DNA from: Eledone cirrhosa | Lineage: Eukaryota | Assembly (NCBI GenBank): GCA_964016885.1 | Contig: OZ024740.1 | Location: 385,020,001 to 385,084,000, forward strand | Length of the DNA stretch: 64,000 bases | Direction of reading: 5' to 3' | Shown here: positions 14,567 through 28,556 of the stretch, one piece after another | Layout of the letters: each line of letters opens with the position of its first letter | How positions within the stretch are numbered: position 1 is the stretch's first letter | Made by a program: the position numbers and the translations under genes | The notes under the pieces: model-generated | What the model saw: the letters and a program-made list of their open reading frames with translations, nothing else | What the model was told of the DNA's origin: nothing | The model's database searches: none

Positions 14567-15454
14567 AACAATGAGAAATAAAATAGATGAAGGGGACGGG
14601 CGGGATGGAATTGGAAAAAATGTCTTTAGATAAAAATAATAGGTCTATTTCATGCTGACATCTCTTGCAAAACTGTTGGTGCTGGCGTTTTGTGTATGAT
14701 TTGTTTTTTAGAAAAGTGGATGATGGCGCGCGTCTACCTGAAATGGAAAAAGAAACGTGTTGTAAAAAGAGCTATACTTGAGCACGTGTAAGTATGAGTG
14801 AGTGTGTGTGTGTGTGTGTTATTATAGGTTCGTACGAAGCTAAGAAGAGATATGTGTGTATATGTGAATAAAAGAGTGTGTGTGCATGTAAGTACGAAGC
14901 TATAAGCAAAGAGAAAGCGATAGGAATCAAAGGGTGTGATACTGGACAGGGTATTAGAGAAATTGGGGAGGTGAGTTGAATCCGAGAGGGGAATAGGACC
15001 CAAGACGGTGAATCAGACTTTGTCCAGTCCTGGTGCGCGAGGCCTGTGATCCAAGATGTAAAAGTACACCCAGGACTGAAACATGTAGGGACCAGGAGAA
15101 CAGAAATGACGGGACTATTTTACTCTTTTACCTGTTCCAGCCATCCGGCTGAGGCCATGCTGGGATACGATATATATGCTGTGTGTCTATGTCTATACAT
15201 GTATGTTTGTGTGAATAAATACACCAAGCTTTAGATTTAGTAGAATGTACAACCACTGATTCCAGCTATTTGCACTATCGTATATTTTAGTTGCTATTAA
15301 TTCCCTTGGGAATTGGTTGACCAAATGTCTTGCTTAATTGTTTTATTTATTTTTTAAAATATTTATTCTTTCTCTTAGATTTCAGGTATTTTTTGAAAGC
15401 AAAGCATTGGCCCCTAAAATATTCCCCGGGAGTGTGAAATACAGGCGGTAGAAA

Positions 15455-15606
15455 GACATTTTGGCAGTATCAGTAGAGAGTCGGACGCCATGCTTTCCAG
15501 CATAGAGTTACTTCCCTTTATGGACCGAGTTCAAATCCCGCCAAGGTTAACCTTACCTTTAGTCCTTACGGGGGTCGATGAAATAAAGTACTAATAACGT
15601 ACTGGC
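15455..15606 (+). mobile_element. tRNA-derived SINE
   Basis: A-box-like TGGCAGTATCAGT, B-box GAGTTCAAATCCC, body GGGGTCGATGAAATAAAGTAC; same family as 23655-24047. Confidence 0.7.
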
Positions 15607-17415
15607 TTATTGCTGGCCTTCAGCCAAAATATTATATATATATATATGCGCATGCGTGTGTGCGTGTGTAAAGGCCTGTGGCTTAATCGCTAGAGGTGTT
15701 CGGCCCACCATCCTTTCGTCGTGAGTTCTACACCTCACAGCACGTCCTTCAGCGAGGAATTTTATTTCACAGCTAGTCTGTTTAGTTGATCGAATAACTG
15801 GAACAATCGTTATCGGATCCGACGGAGGTCCAACAACAACAATATATATGAATATTAAGAAGTGCTCCAAGCAACCGATGTTTACGATGAAATTATATCT
15901 GTATACATACAAAGTGGGTAACTAAGAATGCACCAAATGTGTATATATATACACACATTCTTCATTTATAGACACGTAAACACACACACTGAAATAGAAA
16001 TTTCCCTACAAATTGCAAAAACAAATGATAAACGCCTTTAATCGATTGTCCGGCCTAGTTGGACTTTCATTAGAAAGTGTTTATATCATCTAAACAAATA
16101 CAAGAAAGCATGTATTTGATGGGCTTATATATCAGTTGGCTTATTTTAGTATTCTGAAATGGAGATACTAATTTGCATATAATTAGTCCTCGTGCTGGTA
16201 CTTACTTAATATGTATATTAAGAAGTGCACCAAGAAGCCAATGTTTACGATAAGGTTATATGTGTATATATACAGAATGGGTAACCGAGACTGCACCAAT
16301 ATTAAAGCGGTTTATCATTTTTTCAATTTACAGGGTAATTCGTATTTCTGGCATGATTACATGGCCATATATTAAAAATGTGCATATTAATATACACATT
16401 GGCAGAGTATCGGTTACTCACTCTGTATAGATACAAAGATAACTTTATATTTGTGTGTGTGATTGCCATAATTTTCAATACCTAAACTGAGACAATTTCA
16501 AACTTTTTCACTATTCACAAACTATATCATACACAGATATTTGCGTACATTCAAGAACAATTTGATAACTTCGAAGTATTTAAAATAGCTACAATTATAA
16601 TAATGTAGAAAAAAACTCTCTATGCAACCAGCGAGGTAAATTATTATTCAATACATTTTAGAACCTGTTTTCTAATAAATCAATCGAATTAACAATTATG
16701 TGAGTATATAATTTTACACTTAAAATACTTCAACTAGCAACTAATTGAGGGTTTACTAAATTATGTTTATAATTTCATTTCTTTCTGAATAAAAAAAAAA
16801 TGAAATTAATTTAATCAACATAATCTATATCTTTGAAAAGGTATTTCTGAAGGCGATGTTAGAGTATATATGGATGTGTGCGTTTGGGAATATCCGTGTG
16901 TATATATGTGAGGGATTGCGAATGTCCGTGAATATGTGTGAATGGCTGTACATAGGAATATAGAAGGCAAGCGAATGTGTAGAATCCTGACGATGTAAAA
17001 AAAAAATAATTATGAAATTTTCAGTTTATTTCAAACTTATGAAACAAGTTTAGCTGTTGTTTCTAATATGACTTTTTTCTTTTTTTGGTTTTTGCTTTTT
17101 GTTTTTTTTTTTAGAAGGTAGCGTTTTGTGATTGAGAAATTGCTAGAGAGAGCAACCGAAGACAAAATTCATAATAAATTAGTTTCTGATAACATCAATA
17201 TTCGCTTGCTTATTCCCACTGACAATCCAAACCACTCACCTACAGACAACACTTTCCCTGTCTTGCCTAGATAATACTATGCACACATAGTATTATCTAG
17301 TCGATGTCGAGCATTCTGCTTATCATAAGGCATTTGTTAAAGAAGTCGACTGAAAGAATTCTCATAATACAATATACATAAGTGCACACTCTCCCACACA
17401 CGCATATATACATAC

Positions 17416-18217
17416 AGTACTAAGTACCCATAGAGATATATAGGGTGTCTATAATATAATTGTTGTTCTATGATACTAATTCGAGATACCAGAACTATAA
17501 AAATTGAGGAGCAGAACAAACAAACATTAAACAATCCTTTAAATAAATTAAAAAATGATTTAAATATCTACCTGTTCATAATGCTATTACCGGTGGTTTT
17601 CATCTACAAAAGATTGGAAATTCAGAGAATTTCCAACGGAAAGTAGATTTTATCAGATAGCTATTTCCTTTCTATAGGAGATACGTCCCACGGTCCGCAA
17701 ATATAATGCCAACTACCAGCTCGTATGAGTTATGGTCGTTAAAGTGACCCACACGTGACCCGGCCGCTAGTGCAAGCGGGAATATTACAGATTTGTTGAT
17801 GGCTTGGCTGCTAAAAAAATAGCAGTAAGCAACAACGAATTTTTTCTCTACATAGATTGGAGAATGTATAAAAATGAGGTAAATATCTCACTGAGTACTA
17901 AGTACCCATAGAGATATATAGGGTGTCTATAATATAATTGTTGTTCTATGGTACTAATTCGAGATACCAGAACTATAAAAATTGATGAGCAGAACAAACA
18001 AACATTAAACAATCCTTTAAATAAATTAAAAAATGATTTAAATATCTACCTGAAATAGCTATCTGATGAAATCTACTTTTCGTTGGAAATTCTCTGAATT
18101 TCCAATCTTTTGTAGATGAAAACCGCCGGTAATAGCATTATGAACAGGTAGATATTTGAATCATTTTTTAATTTATTTAAAGGATTGTTTAATGTTTGTT
18201 TGTTCTGCTCATCAATT

Positions 18218-18220
<3 letters not shown>
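17416..18220. repeat. Direct plus inverted duplication of a ~150-250-bp unit (pLTR-like geometry)
   Basis: 17416-17570 is repeated at 17895-18052. 18053-18220 is the reverse complement of ~17500-17665. Confidence 0.75.
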
Positions 18221-18292
<72 letters not shown>

Positions 18293-18609
18293 TATTAAAA
18301 TAACAGATTAAAGTTTAAGCAAAGAATCGCTGCTTTCGATCTTAACGTGATCTTCTGAAAACAAATAGAAATGCAGGTCTGTCAATGGCAGGCTGAGATA
18401 TCCTGAATATTAACATAAATTAGGACTATTTTGTCCCCCTAATATTCCTGGCTGAGCAAGATCCCGTTAAGGGTGAAAGCAGAGATTCTTTGCTTAAATT
18501 TAATCTGTTAATTTAATAAATATTTGCTCTTGGGGTTTTATATATTTGATATATATTTATCCTTATCGAACACTCTTTGGATTTTAGTTTTCACATTTAT
18601 TATTTTTAT

Positions 18610-18659
<50 letters not shown>

Positions 18660-18660
<1 letters not shown>

Positions 18661-18775
18661 TCGGTCTTAAAGCAGAAGGCTCATTTGGTCGGTGCCTATC
18701 CCGGCGTTCATGGCGTGAAGTGACTGAGAGTACAAGAACTCCCCCCACCTGGACAGGACGCCAGTCCATCGAAGT
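18660..18775 (-). mobile_element. 3' part of a SINE with a conserved central-domain motif, ending in (TA)n
   Basis: GATGGACTGGCGTCCTGTCCAGG on the minus strand resembles V/Meta-type SINE body sequence. Confidence 0.5.
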
Positions 18776-19167
18776 CCATCTCTACTCTAACAACATGCTA
18801 AAATAGAACATAAGGGGAAATTAGAGAACATAGAAATAAAAATAGAATCTACACACAGAAAAGACGCAATGTTTAGACAAATCACAGAGGCAATAAACAT
18901 AAAAGAATTACAACCAAAATTAAATAGAAAACATGAGTGCAACAGCAACATCACAACTTACAATTAAGGACAAAATGAAAACACACACGCACATAGAACA
19001 AACAACCAACCTGTAACATGTAAATAAACAAATAAATAAACGAATATAAACACACACAGACACCCGGATGTGGCGCATGCGCAGACGGAGCACAAAACAC
19101 ACACACAGAAACAAAATGGCGTAGGACAGAACAAGGGAGAGGCACAAAAACAAAGAAAAGAATCCCA

Positions 19168-19210
19168 GTCACTGAAGACGTCACAGAATGTGTGACGAAA
19201 GAACTTTGAC
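19168..19210 (+). ncRNA. Minimal type I hammerhead in a pLTR-like repeat (~19090-19365)
   Basis: GTCA-CTGAAGA-C-GTCACA-GAATG-TGTGAC-GAAA-GAAC-TT-TGAC. Confidence 0.7.
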
Positions 19211-19397
19211 AATATATAAACAACCATCCGGTTGTGGAACCAACCAACCAACCGGAAATTTATAAATTCCTCAATTTATAAATTTATTATAATAAATTGA
19301 AGTGAAAGCAACTGGTCCGTGTGTTTCTTATTGGCAACATGACCCTCCCAAAGTATAACAATATTTATATATATACATATATGTAATATGTATATAC

Positions 19398-19428
<31 letters not shown>

Positions 19429-19501
19429 TACATACATATTATATATGTAATATATATATACATATATATATACAAATATATTATATATATATATGTAATA
19501 T

Positions 19502-19532
<31 letters not shown>

Positions 19533-19693
19533 TATATGTATATACATATTACATATATGTATATATATAAATATATATATATATATATTATATATATGTA
19601 TATATGTATATATATACATATTATATAAATGTATATATATATACAGATTATATATATGTATATATATACACATTATATATATATATATATATA

Positions 19694-19775
<82 letters not shown>

Positions 19776-20211
19776 GCTCTTTTCGAAGACGGAACGTTGT
19801 TATCAGATTTGACGACGTCGAGGAAGATGGTAATAATTACGATGATGATCATCATGATGATTAAGCCACTATTGTTATCACCACCACCATCATTACTATC
19901 ATCATTATCGACATCACTGTAGTCGTTGTCGTGTTTGTTGTTTCTTTTCACCAATCATTTATGTATATTCTGAAAATAATTATTTCAATAGATGAAAATA
20001 AGATGACATTCTTCCAGTCGGGAACATTATAAATAAATATTTATAGCGTTTTAAATGCTGCTCACAGAATATAGAAATAAACACTTTATTATGTCAATGC
20101 ATAATTTATATAAAGTTAAAATAATATCACTGATAAATGAGGAAGAGTATGAGGAGGGGGGGAGGAGGAGTTGATGTAAGGCCATGATGGATTTGGTTGT
20201 GAAGGAGCAGA

Positions 20212-20360
20212 CGAAGAAGAAGAAGAAGAAGAAGAAGAAGAAGAAGAAGAAGAAGAAGAAGAAGAAGAAGAAGAAGAAGAAGAAGAACAACAACAACAAC
20301 AACAACAACAACAAATACAGCAACAACAACAATAATAACAACAACAGTAACAACAACAGC
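20212..20360. repeat. (GAA)n followed by (CAA)n microsatellite
   Basis: Directly visible. Confidence 0.95.
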
Positions 20361-20644
20361 ACGTGCATACACAAACAAATCAAAAATAAATTACGTTTGC
20401 TAATAAATAGGAAAAATAACTAGAATACTTAAAACATTCTATTTTTAAACTTTTCATCTAATACAAAGATGAAAGAAAAATGAATTTTGATTTAGAATGC
20501 TTCCGTAGTTAGAAAATGTTTTAAACGAAACTAACAGAAAATTTCATTATAGAATAATGAAAAACAGACATATTTAAATATAAACATTTATTCATATATT
20601 CAGACACACATCGACACGCAGAAACTCACATACATGTACATATA

Positions 20645-21130
<486 letters not shown>

Positions 21131-21563
21131 ACACATATATAGATAATCACACGCATTATACCAAATATTTCCACATAAATTCCACACAACCCCTACTCCA
21201 CACAACACAAACACACACATAATAAATATTTTGTTATATTTAAACAGTATGCTGTAAGCCGATGAAATGGTTGAGATAAAACGAACAAGATGGATTATAT
21301 ATGAAAGGAGTCTTGTTTAACAATGAGAAAACCTAATTTATAAATACTACACTAATTATTTTCTGGTTTCTTTCCGCTATTTCTTTAAATTTTTATTTCT
21401 GAGAAAATTAAATCTAAAAATAATTATAATATTAATTGTGAATTTAGAAAAAAAAAGCGTTTCATTATTTTCCCCCGCGAGTAACAAACAAATAGATATT
21501 GCCATACATACCATTCGTACTTACACAATGCTATAAAAATGAGATAAACTATAAATACAAATA

Positions 21564-21608
<45 letters not shown>

Positions 21609-21685
21609 CGGAGGAGTTGTGGTAAGGTACCAGATGGACCCTAACGCACCAGAGTACTCAATACTTAAGGTAGTAGACTGGGTAA

Positions 21686-21808
21686 TAGGAGAAAGTATGA
21701 CCCCGACGGCAGAGCTCAAGCCGTTTCGACGGCTATATCAGGACGCACTGAGTCCAGAAATAGCCGTCGAAACGGCTTGAGCTCTGCCGTCGAGGTCATA
21801 CTTTCTCC

Positions 21809-21810
<2 letters not shown>
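21686..21810. repeat. Near-perfect 50-bp inverted repeat with 25-nt spacer
   Basis: TAGGAGAAAGTATGACC...GACGGCTA / TAGCCGTCGAAACGG...CTTTCTCCTA. Confidence 0.85.
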
Positions 21811-21843
<33 letters not shown>

Positions 21844-21866
21844 TACACACCTCACATATATATATA

Positions 21867-21950
<84 letters not shown>

Positions 21951-22583
21951 TATTCAGCGAGAATCGCATTTCGGCGGGTAGAAATTAGCGAAACGCAACT
22001 TCCATATTCTGCAGACCACCGCTCCATGGATATGAAGAAGATACCAGAGCTATAAACATAAGTTAAAATGGTCATAGACGCTGAGACGATGGTTAAGAAG
22101 CCATTAACCACCATAGCCAAAAAAGCGAACAAGCTAAACGGGGCAAACAAAATGAGATATGATTGAAATATTTGCCCGGACCCTCGGGGAACACGGAATA
22201 CTCCGAAATTGGGTTTCTGCAACACCTAAATCAATAATACTGTCTGCTTATAAAAAATAAGCTTTTGGTATAATGATCGAACAAGGCATCGCTTTCTCAA
22301 CCGGTTTTTGTTCTTCTTTCGCCAGAATCTCGCAGGTTATGAATGCACATGTGAGAATCCAAGGGGAGAAAACCCCTATTTTGGCCAGTGAATTCAGCAT
22401 GAGTAGTTATTGCAAAAATTTGCAAAAACCGCACAAAACGAATTATGCTCTCTACCGAGTTGTTTTTAAAATAAACTTAAGCGATTAATCAGTCAATAGA
22501 ATTTAACTAAAAAGCCAAAAAAAATTAACTGGTTAATCGCTTGACTTGGGAGATTAATACAAATATATTTAGCGAGAATCGCA

Positions 22584-22632
<49 letters not shown>

Positions 22633-22683
22633 TCTGAATTTGCTTAGCAAGATTCTTTATCTGAAAACGTATGTTGAAACCGA

Positions 22684-23145
22684 TATTGTTATGCTTTGGG
22701 CGGGTCATATTGCCAATAAAAAACACACGCACCAAGTGTTTCATTCCAATTTATTATAAATTTAAGAATTTATAAATTTACGGTTGGTTTGTTGGTTCCA
22801 CAACCGGACGGTTGTTGATATATTGTCAAAGTTCTTTCGTCACACATTCTGTGACCTCTTCAGTGACTGGGGATTCTAAGCACACAACACACACAAAACC
22901 AAGATGGCTTAGGACAGAACAAAGGACAGGCACAAAAACAAAGAAAAGAATCCCAAGTCACTGAAGAGGTCACAGAATGTGTGACGAAAGAACTTTGACA
23001 ATATATGAACAACCGTCCGGTTGTGGAACCAACCAACCAACCAACCAATCGGAAATTTATAAATTTAATTTATAATAAATTGGAGTGAAAGTAACTGGTG
23101 CTTGTTTCTTATTGGCAACATGGCCCTCCCAAAGCATAACAATAT
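22684..23145. mobile_element. Head-to-head inverted pLTR pair, each arm with a hammerhead (22825-22867 minus; 22957-22999 plus)
   Basis: Same family as 19090-19365; GTCA-CTGAAGA-G-GTCACA...TGTGAC-GAAA-GAACTT-TGAC. Confidence 0.75.
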
Positions 23146-23654
23146 ATATATATATATATTACACTCACTCACATATATATATATATATATATTCATATAT
23201 ATGTATACATATATATATATATGTATTTTTATATATATACATATACGCTCATTTATATATATATCCTACATAACTTTGATAATTGTATATAGATACAGAA
23301 ACACCTGGAACATATATATAACACAGAAAACTCGGAAGAGACAGGCATATGGACAGTCTTTCACGTCGGCTGCTTTCACTGTTCGGAGGGCTTCAAAAGA
23401 CAGGACTTCTCTTCCCAGTGCATCAATAGTGTCTAAAGAAAGATAGCTATTCGGGATGAAAACACATCTGACACTGAACAAGAAATCACCGGTGAAGATC
23501 ACGTTTTTTCGATTCAATGGACACGAAATATCCACATACAGGTATAGGATATGACAGTTGTTATAATCAAATGCAACACACAAACGTGGGTAGCTAACTG
23601 CCGTAGGAATAGAGAAAGTAATACACGGTAGTTCGAGCAATCACCCTAGGACTA

Positions 23655-24047
23655 ATAATGCTTTCTTATTCAAGCACAAGGCCAGCAATTGTGCGAGGAG
23701 GGCGAAAGTCGATTAAATCGATCCCATGGAACTAATAATTGTTTCTACTTTTGGCACAAGGCCAGAAATTATCACAGTGCATTACTAGTACTTTATTTTA
23801 TCAACCCCGTAAGGATGAAAGACAAAATTAACCTCGGCGGGATTTGAACTCAGACCGTAAAGGGCCATAACTCAATGCTGTAAAAACTGGCGTCCAACCC
23901 TCTACCGATACTGCCAATCCACCGCCCTAGAACTAATAATTGTTTCTACTTTTGGCACAAGGCCAGCACTTAACCAGTACATTACTGGTACTTTATTTTA
24001 TCGACCCTGTAAGGATGAGAGACAAAGTTGACCTCGGCAGGATTTAG
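23655..24047 (-). mobile_element. Tandem tRNA-derived SINE copies with (ATT)-type tails
   Basis: Full copy ~23735-23927 with TGGCAGTATCGGT and GAGTTCAAATCCC; truncated copies on each side. Confidence 0.75.
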
Positions 24048-24169
24048 ACGAAAGAAGACGATGTAGAGTGAACTCACTAAGTCAGCGATCAAATTTTAAA
24101 CAAATGAGAGAGGGGTTTGATTGGATGCTGGAAAAAAGATGTGAGAACAAAGATGGGGAGCGAAAATAA

Positions 24170-24218
<49 letters not shown>

Positions 24219-24240
24219 GAGGGGGGGGGGGATAGATAGA

Positions 24241-27200
24241 TTTCTTTATTTGCCACAAGGGCGCACAAGAAATGGGGTCAATACAAAGACATGCCGGGGA
24301 TTTTATATACAGTCGTGTAAAAATATAATACAAACAATTACAACAATGGAAATCCCCAATAGGGGGCAGTGCCACAAATGGATTGTTTAATACCCCGTCG
24401 ATAGAACAACCCTCAACTTCATGAACGTGTTGTGCAAGTGCTCCTTTTTTCCTTTTGCTCTCTTCTTTAACCTACAGGCTTATAAACAGAGAAGGCCCAA
24501 TCACTCGTGCCATTTTCGCTTCATTCACCCACCTTTCAGTAAATTTACTGGGGTGCAGTGCCTCTCTCTCCAATCTGATTCTCCTTCTAAAGTGATACTT
24601 AAAGAATGGAATCAATTGGTGACCGGAGAGAAAGGCAGCTGTCCTCTCTTTCGTTTTTCAAAGAGGCTGGCCGTTTGATACTTACTATGGACTCGGCAGT
24701 CAACTGGATTTGTCCCATACGCGACAGCAGTGTTCTGCATAGTTCCACAGGTCGGTTACACCCGGGCAGTGTACACTTGCGTGCAGGACTGTTTCAATGT
24801 CCTGCGCGCATCTTGGACGCGTCCTCTTGGAAAGATCCCTGCCGGGGCGTCCCTGCTTGTAGATCTTGTCACGAACCGGTAGAGCTCCTCGGTAGCACTG
24901 CCAAGCCAGGGACCTCTGGAAGTTGTCCATAGGTCCCGGACAGAAAGTCCTACCAAACAGACTGGTGAGCTCATCGTCTTCGATGCCCAGAGTTTCTCCG
25001 AGTACGTCGTCGCCCTTGTAACGTACAGTCCCTATATAGAATGTCGAAGTGGAGTCTCCACTGATTGCTGCGCCCGCTTGCCAGAGGACTGTGAGCGCCT
25101 GAGCGCATTCAGTGTGCCAGGCGCCCATCGTTTTCGGTCTTTTCTTGACCCAGGACTGCAGACCCCGAGCAATTTCACCGGTCCGTCCGTCCAGCGTCCA
25201 ACGACGCTGTCAGACGTCATCGGTTTGCTTCTCCACGTACCGAGTTGCAAACCGACAGATTTGTCCGGGTTTAATTTTGCTCCCGTCAGCGTTTCGTATT
25301 CTTTCAGTAAGTTGCCGATCACCACGATTTCCGAGGTGCTCGACACCATTACCGTCACGTCGTCGGCATAAGCCGACGCCGCTTTGCGCAGTCCCGGTTC
25401 TAGAGGGAAGCCCTGCAACAGCTCCAATTTCCGCAGTAGTGGCTCTAGAGTCAATACATACAGAATGGAGGAGAGAGGATACCCCTGTCGAAATGAACAG
25501 CCTTCGTGTTTCGCGTCGAAGAACTGGTCTAGTTATGCTCTCGACGCTAACACTCTAGCCGCGTTTCCACTTCTAAGTGCCTCCTCTACCTTGGCTACTA
25601 ATTGTCTTTCTATTTTGTTTTTCTCTAAGGCTAACTCTCTGCTAAACTCTATCGATTCTACTCTAATTGCTTTCTTGAGAGAGTACCACCATCTATTGCT
25701 GACGATGGCTCCCGTTAACTGCTGCTTGACTAGTCTACTTATCCGTTCATTGTAAGCTTTACGTGCCGGCAACGATACGTTCAGCTTCCAGTATCCGGGT
25801 CCCTGTCTATGTATTCTATCACGGTTGACTAAGCAGACGACTAATTTGTGATCTGAGTAAGCAACCATGTGCATTCGTGGACAGCTTCACATCTCCTTGT
25901 CTCTTTGACTAATGAAGAACCTATATAAATACGATCCAGATGTCCCGCTGCGGTTTGCCCAGGTCCACTGTGGTGCAGTCGGGAAATCCAGTCGATACCT
26001 ATCGGCCAGTTGGAATTGGCCGATTAAAGTTTTGAGGCTGTTGCAGCCCCCTCTACTGGAACATGCTCCCACATAGTCCCATCGTGCATCTAGGATACCA
26101 TTCCAATCCCCCACTAAAAGTAAGGAGTGAGATGTTCCCAGAAAAGACTCTAGACGCTTAAAGAAGTCTGGCCGTGATTGCGATTGCCCGATCGGGGCAT
26201 AAACGGCCACCAGTCAGAAGGCTCCACCTCCAATACTGTTCACGTCTAGGACTACCATTCTACCCTCCGGGTCCAAGTGTACTTGCTGTACTTCGACGTC
26301 CAGGTTCTTCCGAAACATGACAGCCACTCCCCTCCACCTCCTGCTGACAGAGAGATGCGTAGATCTCAAAGTCGTTGAAGATGGGGGTTAGTTGCTGCTT
26401 GTTGTAGATCCTGGACTCGGTGATGGCTATCACATCCATACCGTGTGACCTAAGGTCGTTTAAAAGTTGGTCATGTTTCAAGGGCATCCCTAGGCCACGC
26501 ACATTCACGCTTCCAACTCGTAAACTAGCCACGTTGGTGGAGAAGAGTTGACGAAAAGGACGAAAAGGTGCATTTACCTTTTCGTTTCCTGGAGATCGGG
26601 TTGTTCAATCTCCATTTCAGTACTGGTGGGGGTGTTGGGTGTGGTGGTTAAACATTTTAATAAGACGCAGTTAATAGGTTTTTGACAGGGGTTGCCAACA
26701 TCCTGCGAAAACTGTTTTTTCAATTTCTGATAGGTTTCTATCGAAACCCTTATTAGTTTTAGGTGTGGGGACGATTCTGCTTTGACGAAAGTTTTGCCCT
26801 CCGTCTCCACCTTGGGGTTTTGGGAGATGACTTCCATCAAACTCTTGTTGTTTGTGTTTTTGTTGTGTTGTTTTAGTTTGTTGTTCGTCTGGGAGTTTTC
26901 TTTTTATGGTAGGTGCTTGTGTTTGGGGTGGTGTTGGTGTTGGTTTCACTTAAAGAAGGAGAAGTAACCTGATCCGTCACTGAATAATCATCGTCTGGAG
27001 TGTGGGGTAAGGGTATGCTGTGTGGTGGTGGTGTTTCGGTGTGTGTGTTTGTGGTAGTGTTTGATGGTTTGGGATGGGGTGGGGCTGTGTTCTTCAGGGA
27101 TGCTGTCTGTGTTTTTCTGTTGTTGTTGGTTGAGTGCCTGTTTGTTTTGGTGTGTTTGCTCGTTTCGTCTGTTGTTGTACTTGTGGTGGTGGTTGTTTTG

Positions 27201-28530
27201 GTGTTGGTGTTGGTAGTAGTGTTTTTTTAATGATGTTGTTGTGGTGTGTTTGTGAAGGACAAGAGGCCTTTAGGTGTGCTGTGCTACCACAGCGAAAGCA
27301 ATGAAGTTTTCGACCCTCCACCGTAATGTTTATTTTGTTGTTGTCGTCGATGACGACTTTTTCGGGTATTTTGGAGATTCTCTCCGGCCTCATTTGAATC
27401 AGAATCTCCAAATCAGTACCCGCCCACCTTTTTTCAATAGACTTTCGTATCGAAAGAATCATATCAGTCTCTGGCTCTACGAAGCCAGCCAAGATCCACC
27501 AGATGTTAATGTTTGGTTGTATATATATATTTTTTTTTGTGTGTGCTTTTTCCCATGTACGTTGGGAAAAGGGTGAATGCTTTTGACACCATTGGTGTCA
27601 CAGAATGTTTTTGGGCGAGTGCCTGACTTTTAAACAGTATGGAAACACTTCCGTACTATTTTCCTCGTTGGAGAAAGTCAATATTTGCTAGAGTCTCCTT
27701 GAAGGTGGCTTCTATATCTCCTTGACTAACAAATATTGGCTTTTTCGTTGTGTTGGAGACAGTCCTAAAGGTCACTGTCCTTCGAATTGTTTCTTCTTTT
27801 ATTTCGAGGGGTGAGTTAATTCTAAACCCACCCTTGTCTTCGAAAATTACAAATTTTCTCCCTTGCTGGAGCATATCTCTTGCATTGGAGATGTCAAGAT
27901 TTATAAAATCTTGTTTTTTGTTCAGTTTCAGCGAAAGACATTTTTTTTTGGGGGGGGGGGGGGGGGGGCTGGTGTTGTTGTTGTTGTTGTTATCGTTGAT
28001 AGCTTCGGTGTTGGAAATCTCAATTTCTTGAGGAGGTGAAACTTTATGTGTAGATGTATCTATGGAGTTGTTGATGTTGTCTTTTTCATGTGTATGTATG
28101 TTAATAGGTTTAATTCCTGTGTTTTCCTGTGTGTTATTGTTATTTTTCTCCGCTTCGACGGTAGAAATTTTAAAATCTTCAAGTGGTACTATTTTTTTCT
28201 CTTTGTTGACAGTCGTATCTATGGCGACGTCCATAGTAGCAGAAACAGATATAACGTTAATACCTGCCTCTCTACCTCTCTTCTCGCTGTCGACGTTCTC
28301 TAGCGTTCTTTCCGAGCTATTCATGTTTTATAGTTGGCAAAATTTGATATTTTATAACAATTTTTAAATTAAATTTTCGCCCCTGAAGGGGAGAAAAATG
28401 GGATTACCACCCAGCTGATAATTCAGCGTGGGGGTTAATCTACAAAATGATATGTTATTTCAAACAATTAGTTCGGTTTTTGCATAGAATTAACAAAAAG
28501 GTTTATCGGCGATATTCCACGCGTCAGGCA
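24241..28530 (-). mobile_element. Tx1-like LINE copy 1 (family beta), both ends present, internally deleted and frameshifted
   Basis: Homologous to 32357-38176; deletions at ~25160 and ~25495; ORF1 knuckle CFRCGSTAHLKASC; flanked by (GATA)n on both sides. Confidence 0.9.
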
Positions 28531-28556
28531 GATAAAGAGATAGATAGATAGATATA

